Positions 6,283-11,157 of a stretch of DNA of 11,157 nucleotides are shown here, piece by piece. Position 1 is the stretch's first letter. Each line of letters opens with the position of its first letter. A program made the translations under genes and the position numbers. The stretch spans positions 1 to 11,157 of the forward strand of contig JAQTTP010000012.1 of assembly GCA_028710695.1 (NCBI GenBank), written 5' to 3'. Origin of the DNA: Candidatus Iainarchaeum sp. Its GTDB lineage: Archaea; Iainarchaeota; Iainarchaeia; Iainarchaeales; 0-14-0-20-30-16. The notes under the pieces were generated by a model. That model saw only the letters and a list, made by a program, of their open reading frames with translations, was not told the origin of the DNA and made no database searches.

Positions 6283-7896
6283 GGCCCTAGCAGGCAAAGG
6301 TTCCATTCTTGTAAAGAACATTGGGATCTTCTCTTTTGTTATAGGGAACCCTGGCTTAGCAATGAAATAGTTAATATCAAGATAGTTAATTAAGTATGGT
6401 CTTTCTACACCAAGTAAATTAAACAATTTTTGAGAAAAATCAGGTATAAATGGCTCCAATAATAGAGCAAGATCTAAGCACAAGTTAACAGAAACATAAA
6501 TTGTTGTTGTGTTATCCTTCTCTTGCCATGGTGCTTTTTCTTGGAAGTATTTGTTAGCCAAAGACGCAAATTCTATTGCTGTCTTAAACCCCTCTTTCAA
6601 CTTTACTGCATCCATCTCTCTTTCGTATTTTGAGATAAGCTCGCTTCTCTTAGTCAAATAATCTTTATCTATTACCTCAAGTGTTGGTCTCGGCAATAGT
6701 TCTAAATTCTTCTGTGCAAATGTTAAAACTCTGTAATATAAATTGCTTATATTTCCTACAAGAGTTGAATTAGTAAATTGTAAGAAGTCATCATCACTCC
6801 AGTCTGTATCGCCGCCCAAAGGTAAAATATTAGCTAAATAAAATCTCCATACATCTGCTGGCAAACCAGACTTAACTGCATCTTCACAAAAGATTCCGTG
6901 CCCTAAAGACTTAGAAACTTTTTGTCCGCCAAAGTTCAGATATGACAGCCCAACAACATTATCTGGAAGTTTATATTTTCCAGAAGCCAACAAAGTAGAT
7001 GGCCAAAATATTGTGTGGAACGGAATATTATCTTTCCCTAAAAAGTGGAATATTTTTGCATCGCTTTTCTTTCCCCACCAATCAGTAATATTTCCTACAG
7101 CATCATTAACAAATGAAATATACCCAATTGGGGCATCAAACCAAACATAAAATACTTTGTCTTCATAGCCTGGCAGCGGAACTTTTATTCCCCAATCCAG
7201 ATCTCTAGTTATTGATCTTGCTTTAAGCCCTTTTTCAAGCCAAGCTCTTGCAATAGATACTGTCAAAGGGTTCCAGTCCTTCTCTTTAGAATTTACCCAT
7301 TTTATTAATGGCATTTCAAGTTTAGAATAATCTAAATAAATATGCTTTGTTTCTTTCACTACTGGTTTAGATTTACAGAAAACACAGTATGGCTCTTTAA
7401 GTTCTATAGGAGTTTTCAAAACATATCCACAATCGCATTGATCTCCTCTTGCCAAGCCCCCACATTCTGGGCACTTACCTTCAACATATCTATCTGGTAA
7501 ATACATCTTATCTTTTTCACAATAGAATGCTTCTTCAGTTTTTTCAGTAGTAAAATTATTTTTATAAATCTCCATGAAAATGTCTTGAGTAATTTTTTGA
7601 TGATTTTCGCTAGTAGTTCTTGAAAATACATCAAAGCCTATGTTAAACCAGTCATAAAGTCTTCTATGCTCGTCATGGAAAATATCACAAACTTCTTTTG
7701 GTGTTTTACCCATTTTCTTTGCGGTTACTGTAATCGGAGTCCCGTATTCATCACTCCCACATACAAAAAGTACCTTTTTTCCTTGGTTTCTAGAAAATCT
7801 AGAGAATATGTCTGCAGGAAGAACACTCCCAACAAGATTTCCAAGGTGCGGTTTATTATTTACATAAGGTAAAGCTGAAGTTATCAATCTTTTCAT
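5869..7896 (-). CDS. metG: Methionyl-tRNA synthetase (catalytic and anticodon-binding domains) with a long lysine-rich C-terminal tail
   Basis: ALPYVNNKPHLGNLVGSVLPADIFSR (HIGH-type), zinc-binding Cys clusters CPECGG...CDCG and CVFC, WFDAPIGYISF, KVSKSLGHGIF (KMSKS-type). GGTGAT SD just upstream of the ATG at 7896. Confidence 0.96.
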   Translation of the reverse strand: MKRLITSALPYVNNKPHLGNLVGSVLPADIFSRFSRNQGKKVLFVCGSDEYGTPITVTAKKMGKTPKEVCDIFHDEHRRLYDWFNIGFDVFSRTTSENHQKITQDIFMEIYKNNFTTEKTEEAFYCEKDKMYLPDRYVEGKCPECGGLARGDQCDCGYVLKTPIELKEPYCVFCKSKPVVKETKHIYLDYSKLEMPLIKWVNSKEKDWNPLTVSIARAWLEKGLKARSITRDLDWGIKVPLPGYEDKVFYVWFDAPIGYISFVNDAVGNITDWWGKKSDAKIFHFLGKDNIPFHTIFWPSTLLASGKYKLPDNVVGLSYLNFGGQKVSKSLGHGIFCEDAVKSGLPADVWRFYLANILPLGGDTDWSDDDFLQFTNSTLVGNISNLYYRVLTFAQKNLELLPRPTLEVIDKDYLTKRSELISKYEREMDAVKLKEGFKTAIEFASLANKYFQEKAPWQEKDNTTTIYVSVNLCLDLALLLEPFIPDFSQKLFNLLGVERPYLINYLDINYFIAKPGFPITKEKIPMFFTRMEPLPARAVPKPEKKVEPKKAEVKKEPKQEVKKETKVETKPKVKSPQNKAKVKTAVKKLKAKAVKKKVIPKKKVKAVAKPKKVVKKVLKKKVIAKPKVKAKAKVKKVVKKAPKKVVKTIVPKKKSFLKSLKKLVKKAKPIQKKKK

Positions 7897-8000
7897 AAAA
7901 TCACCATTTTATGGATCTGTTGTAATTTTTGTAGCTATACACAAAATTAGCAACTTATTCAAAACAACTCACCAAAAAACGAACATAACTAAATTAAAAG

Positions 8001-8034
8001 TTATATATAAATAAGTGCATAGTATATATAAAAA
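8001..8034 (-). promoter_or_regulatory. Two putative TATA boxes upstream of metG
   Basis: Minus-strand reading gives TTTTTATATATAC and ATTTATATATAAC about 22 nt apart, over 100 nt upstream of the MetRS start at 7896. Confidence 0.45.
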
Positions 8035-8052
8035 GATACCTTTAATTACTAC

Positions 8053-9189
8053 CTATTTTGGTTTAAGATGTTCATACACACGAGGAACATCATGCTTCTG
8101 AGCCCACTGTTTAAATCCTTGTCTTTCCGCTCTTGCCTTACCAAGCTTTTCTCTTATAAAACTTTTTCTTGCTTCTCTTAATACAAAAGGATTAATTGCT
8201 TCTTTACGATTAGATAAGTTATGTGCTACAGGAATTGCTCTTTTCGAACGCAAAAATCGTTCTACTGGATTCATATGGCCATAGCCCACAACCACCGCTT
8301 TTAGTCTCTTTATTCCTTCCCTTTTTAATAATTCTTCTAAATTATTTGTAATTTCTTCATCACGCACAAATTTAATTTCTTTATAAAGTCCAATATTAGA
8401 ATCTCTTAGTCCACCAACATCTCGTTTTGCAGAAGATATCAAGTATTGCATATTCTCAGTTAATACTTGTTTTACTTCTTCCGTTGTATATCTCGTTGCT
8501 TTTATTGCCTCTTCAAGTTCTTTGGGATCCGCATTTTTTGCCTCCTCAAACATGTGGTCAATGTCAGCAATTGCCTGACTTGCTAAACCGTGTTCTTTCG
8601 CTCGCGCCAAAATGCTAAAAAAACTTTTTTTATAACTTTCAACTAATCTTCCAAGCCCAAAGTAATGCGCAAAAGCAAGGATTGAATATACTTCATCACT
8701 ACCGACCAATCTACTTATATTGGCTGCCAAAGAAGTTAAACTTTCTTTGTAATCTTTTACTTCCTTTTTTTCGCTTGCTTGTGAATATCTTATACCCCGC
8801 ATGTTGGGCAGTACAAGTCTGCGTTTAAGTTCCACATTACCTGCAGGATTAACTACAAGCACCCCGCTTTTGTTCGCAGAATCAGAAGTAAAAAAACGCC
8901 TTTCTGGAGTTAAAAAATACAATCTTGCTCCAGAAATAATTATATGTTCATATAATTTACTAAAATACTGCTGTGCATTTAGTCTACCAGAAAAGTAGTG
9001 CATTTTTTCTAAAGGGTGTTGTGCAGCAAGAAAAGCGTATAAATCGCCTTCAACAGCAATAATATCTCCCTTTTTTATCTGCCCACTTTTTAACAACTCG
9101 TCTAGTTCAGATGTTATCTTCGCAAGATTAGTATTATCAGTAACAGAGATTGCATGTTCTACTCCAAATACATGGACTTTAGGAAACAT
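8053..9189 (-). CDS. TraB/TIKI/EreA-like superfamily protein (putative)
   Basis: N-terminal VHVFGVEHAISVTDN...KKGDIIAVEGD (GxxH and E) plus later FVRDEEITNNLEELL (RD) and LKAVVVGYGHMNPVERF (GxGH). These motifs occur in the order seen in TraB/TIKI/EreA-like proteins; no obvious TM segments. Confidence 0.55.
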   Translation of the reverse strand: MFPKVHVFGVEHAISVTDNTNLAKITSELDELLKSGQIKKGDIIAVEGDLYAFLAAQHPLEKMHYFSGRLNAQQYFSKLYEHIIISGARLYFLTPERRFFTSDSANKSGVLVVNPAGNVELKRRLVLPNMRGIRYSQASEKKEVKDYKESLTSLAANISRLVGSDEVYSILAFAHYFGLGRLVESYKKSFFSILARAKEHGLASQAIADIDHMFEEAKNADPKELEEAIKATRYTTEEVKQVLTENMQYLISSAKRDVGGLRDSNIGLYKEIKFVRDEEITNNLEELLKREGIKRLKAVVVGYGHMNPVERFLRSKRAIPVAHNLSNRKEAINPFVLREARKSFIREKLGKARAERQGFKQWAQKHDVPRVYEHLKPK

Positions 9190-9211
9190 CTCTCTGCCCC
9201 GATAATTGAAA

Positions 9212-9601
9212 TTACTTTACAAATTCACAGTTAGTGTTTACTTCTACAAAGCTGTTCTTATCTCCGCTCAAGAATTCTTTACATTGATTCTCTGCCAAGT
9301 TGTCAACATCTATTTTTGGATCATTTACAACATCACAAACATAATCATTAACATCAAACTTGAACATATCACTCAAGCAAGGCCCTGAATTCAAATCCTT
9401 CAAAGAATCTTTGTTTACAGTACACAAAGCAATACATTTATCCTTTGCAAGTTCGTTCAAAGGCTTATTAGCATCAAGATTTACATCATTCAAAGGATTT
9501 GGTCTTGTAGGAAGTGTAGCACTCAATACAAATATAATTATCAAACCAATCAAAGTAACTAAACCCAAATACATCAATTCTTTCTTTCCTCTTGAATCCA
9601 T
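9212..9601 (-). CDS. Membrane-anchored small protein with six cysteines in the predicted extracytoplasmic part (hypothetical)
   Basis: N-terminal MDSRGKKELMYLGLVTLIGLIIIFVLSATLP (one TM helix) followed by an acidic, Asn-rich region with Cys in DKCIALC, GPC, YVC, QC and NC. GGTG SD 6 nt before ATG. Confidence 0.7.
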   Translation of the reverse strand: MDSRGKKELMYLGLVTLIGLIIIFVLSATLPTRPNPLNDVNLDANKPLNELAKDKCIALCTVNKDSLKDLNSGPCLSDMFKFDVNDYVCDVVNDPKIDVDNLAENQCKEFLSGDKNSFVEVNTNCEFVK

Positions 9602-9632
9602 AATCTACACCCCTTATGTTATAATCAATTAT

Positions 9633-10817
9633 CTACATATAATGTGTTTTTAATCCGCCTTCTTCTGGTTCTTTTGCAGGCTTCATTGCTTTGCTTATTG
9701 CATCCTTAAAGTTTTCTTTGCTTACTTTTTTGTTCTTTTCTCTCATAGCAAACATTGCTGCTTCTCTACAAATAGATGCAATATCTGCACCAGAAGCGCC
9801 CTCAGTTTCCTTTGCAAGTTCTTTAATCGAAACACCAGAATCAATTGGCATCTTCTTAGTATGTATTTCAAAAATCTTTCTTCTTCCAGATTCATTTGGC
9901 ATATCTATATGCAAAATCCTATCCAATCTTCCTGGCCTCAAAAGAGCTTTATCAATTATATCAATTCTATTTGTTGCTGCTAAAACTTTTACCTGCTCAT
10001 TTGAATTAAATCCATCCAGTTCAACTAATAGCTGCATCATAGTTCTATAAACTTCTCTATCTCCACCAGTAGTTGAATCACTTCTATAAGACGCCACAGC
10101 ATCAATTTCATCAATAAAAATTATCGCAGGGGCATTGTCTCTTGCAAAAACAAATAAATCTCTTACAAGTCTTGCACCTTCTCCAATATATTTCTGAACC
10201 AAATCAGATCCGCTTAAGCTAATGAATTTTGCTTTTGCCTGATTTGCAACTGCTTTAGCAATCATAGTCTTTCCAGTTCCTGGAGGCCCATATAATAAAA
10301 TCCCTTTAGGAGAATCAATACCAAATTTAGTAAAAAGTTCTGGCTTAGTTAAAGGAAGAGTAATCATTTCTTCTAGCTCAGTAATTATTTTCTCTAAGCC
10401 GCCAACGCTTTCATAAGTAATATTTGGCTTGTCTTCAAGTTCAAACATATTAACTCTATAATCCATGTCCTTTGAAAACACATCTAAAACTGCAAGATTA
10501 TGCTGGGCCAAAGATACCCTTGTTCCAATCTCAAATTTATCTTTATATTGCTCTGGAACATTTATTGCAAACACAATTCCATTATAGTTTCTTACTATTG
10601 CTTTTCCATCAATAATTTCCTGAACAACACAAACAATTCCAGGAGCCACATTATAGCCCTCAAGTTCCTTTTTCATACGTTCATTGTCTCTTTGTATAGT
10701 CTGCAATTGTAACTGCATATTAATTAGTTGAGTTCGTAGAAAAGGAAGTTCACTAAAATCCTTATAGGAAATTCTTTCCTGTGCAACATTGCTCGAGTTT
10801 TCAGAATCAAAAGACAT
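9633..10817 (-). CDS. pan: Proteasome-activating nucleotidase (AAA ATPase)
   Basis: N-terminal coiled coil FLRTQLINMQLQLQTIQRDNERMKKELE, OB-like region, Walker A GPPGTGKT, Walker B IIFIDEID, sensor ATNR, RPGRLDR arginine fingers; GGTG SD before ATG. Confidence 0.94.
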   Translation of the reverse strand: MSFDSENSSNVAQERISYKDFSELPFLRTQLINMQLQLQTIQRDNERMKKELEGYNVAPGIVCVVQEIIDGKAIVRNYNGIVFAINVPEQYKDKFEIGTRVSLAQHNLAVLDVFSKDMDYRVNMFELEDKPNITYESVGGLEKIITELEEMITLPLTKPELFTKFGIDSPKGILLYGPPGTGKTMIAKAVANQAKAKFISLSGSDLVQKYIGEGARLVRDLFVFARDNAPAIIFIDEIDAVASYRSDSTTGGDREVYRTMMQLLVELDGFNSNEQVKVLAATNRIDIIDKALLRPGRLDRILHIDMPNESGRRKIFEIHTKKMPIDSGVSIKELAKETEGASGADIASICREAAMFAMREKNKKVSKENFKDAISKAMKPAKEPEEGGLKTHYM

Positions 10818-10865
10818 AATCTACACCTTTTATAGTATAAATATAACTACGCCCAATATAAAAAG

Positions 10866-11156
10866 CTATTTCTGATGTTTACCGGAAACAATGTTCTGCA
10901 CACTAGCCAAAAAAGACCGTTTAATAAAATACTTTGAATCCAGATAATTAAGTGCTTTTTCATAATCTTTATATCCCTTTATTTGGTCTTTGGCTTTTTT
11001 GAAAGGGATCTTTTTTATTTTAGAATATTGTTCTAATTCTTCATCCTTAAATGCTTGGAATGGTTTTACAAATTCTGTTTTGCCCATAACTATTTTATGG
11101 AAAAAATAATCTCCAAAACTTTTCTCTTCCACCAAATTCTTTAAAGCAAGAACACA
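10866..11156 (-). CDS. Partial ORF, C-terminal end of a possibly PP-loop ATPase-like (TtuA/TilS-type) protein; continues past the right edge
   Basis: The track places a TTG start at 11135, but the frame stays open upstream (CVLALKNLVEEKSFG...) to the window end. KTEFVKPFQAFKDEELEQYSKIKKIPF resembles the 'IKPL...+E+ YA...' segment of PP-loop tRNA-modification enzymes. Confidence 0.45.
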   Translation of the reverse strand, partial: CVLALKNLVEEKSFGDYFFHKIVMGKTEFVKPFQAFKDEELEQYSKIKKIPFKKAKDQIKGYKDYEKALNYLDSKYFIKRSFLASVQNIVSGKHQK

Positions 11157-11157
11157 T

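Noticed and set aside
5846-6370. 174-aa plus-strand ORF, Phe-rich (FFFTAFALSFFTAVFTFALF...)
   Set aside because: It is the antisense shadow of the lysine-rich MetRS tail: AAA/AAG codons read as TTT/CTT. No independent coding signal.
6166-6393. 75-aa plus-strand ORF
   Set aside because: Second antisense frame over the MetRS tail; composition artefact.
9206-9653. Plus-strand ORFs at 9206..9388 and 9360..9653
   Set aside because: Antisense to the six-Cys gene, which has a clean TM segment and SD; these ORFs have no comparable support.
9691-10050. 119-aa plus-strand ORF opposite PAN
   Set aside because: Lies fully antisense to a strongly supported PAN AAA domain; no recognisable motif.

Overview
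AT-rich, gene-dense archaeal chromosomal window. Support comes from a proteasome-activating nucleotidase (PAN), an archaeal-type MetRS with a separate MetRS-beta-like tRNA-binding protein, TATA-like elements close upstream of starts, and GGTG-type Shine-Dalgarno motifs. The compact gene style fits a small-genome (DPANN-like) archaeon, but that placement is inference. Left to right: a partial P2-type cation ATPase (minus, running off the left edge and absent from the ORF track), SAM methyltransferase, GNAT acetyltransferase, Nudix hydrolase (plus), cytidine deaminase, a putative ATP-cone/restriction-endonuclease-like/HhH protein (plus), acylphosphatase, MetRS-beta-like protein, an 86-aa membrane protein (plus), a HIT hydrolase, an unlisted 47-aa membrane microprotein (plus), MetRS with a 137-aa lysine-rich tail, a TraB/TIKI/EreA-like protein, a membrane-anchored six-cysteine protein, PAN, and the C-terminal part of an ORF possibly of PP-loop type running off the right edge. 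I see no CRISPR array, rRNA, tRNA, transposon or obvious defence island, and no clear new multi-gene system. The best leads are the MetRS tail, the ATP-cone/nuclease/HhH protein, the TraB/TIKI-like protein, and the PAN neighbourhood.
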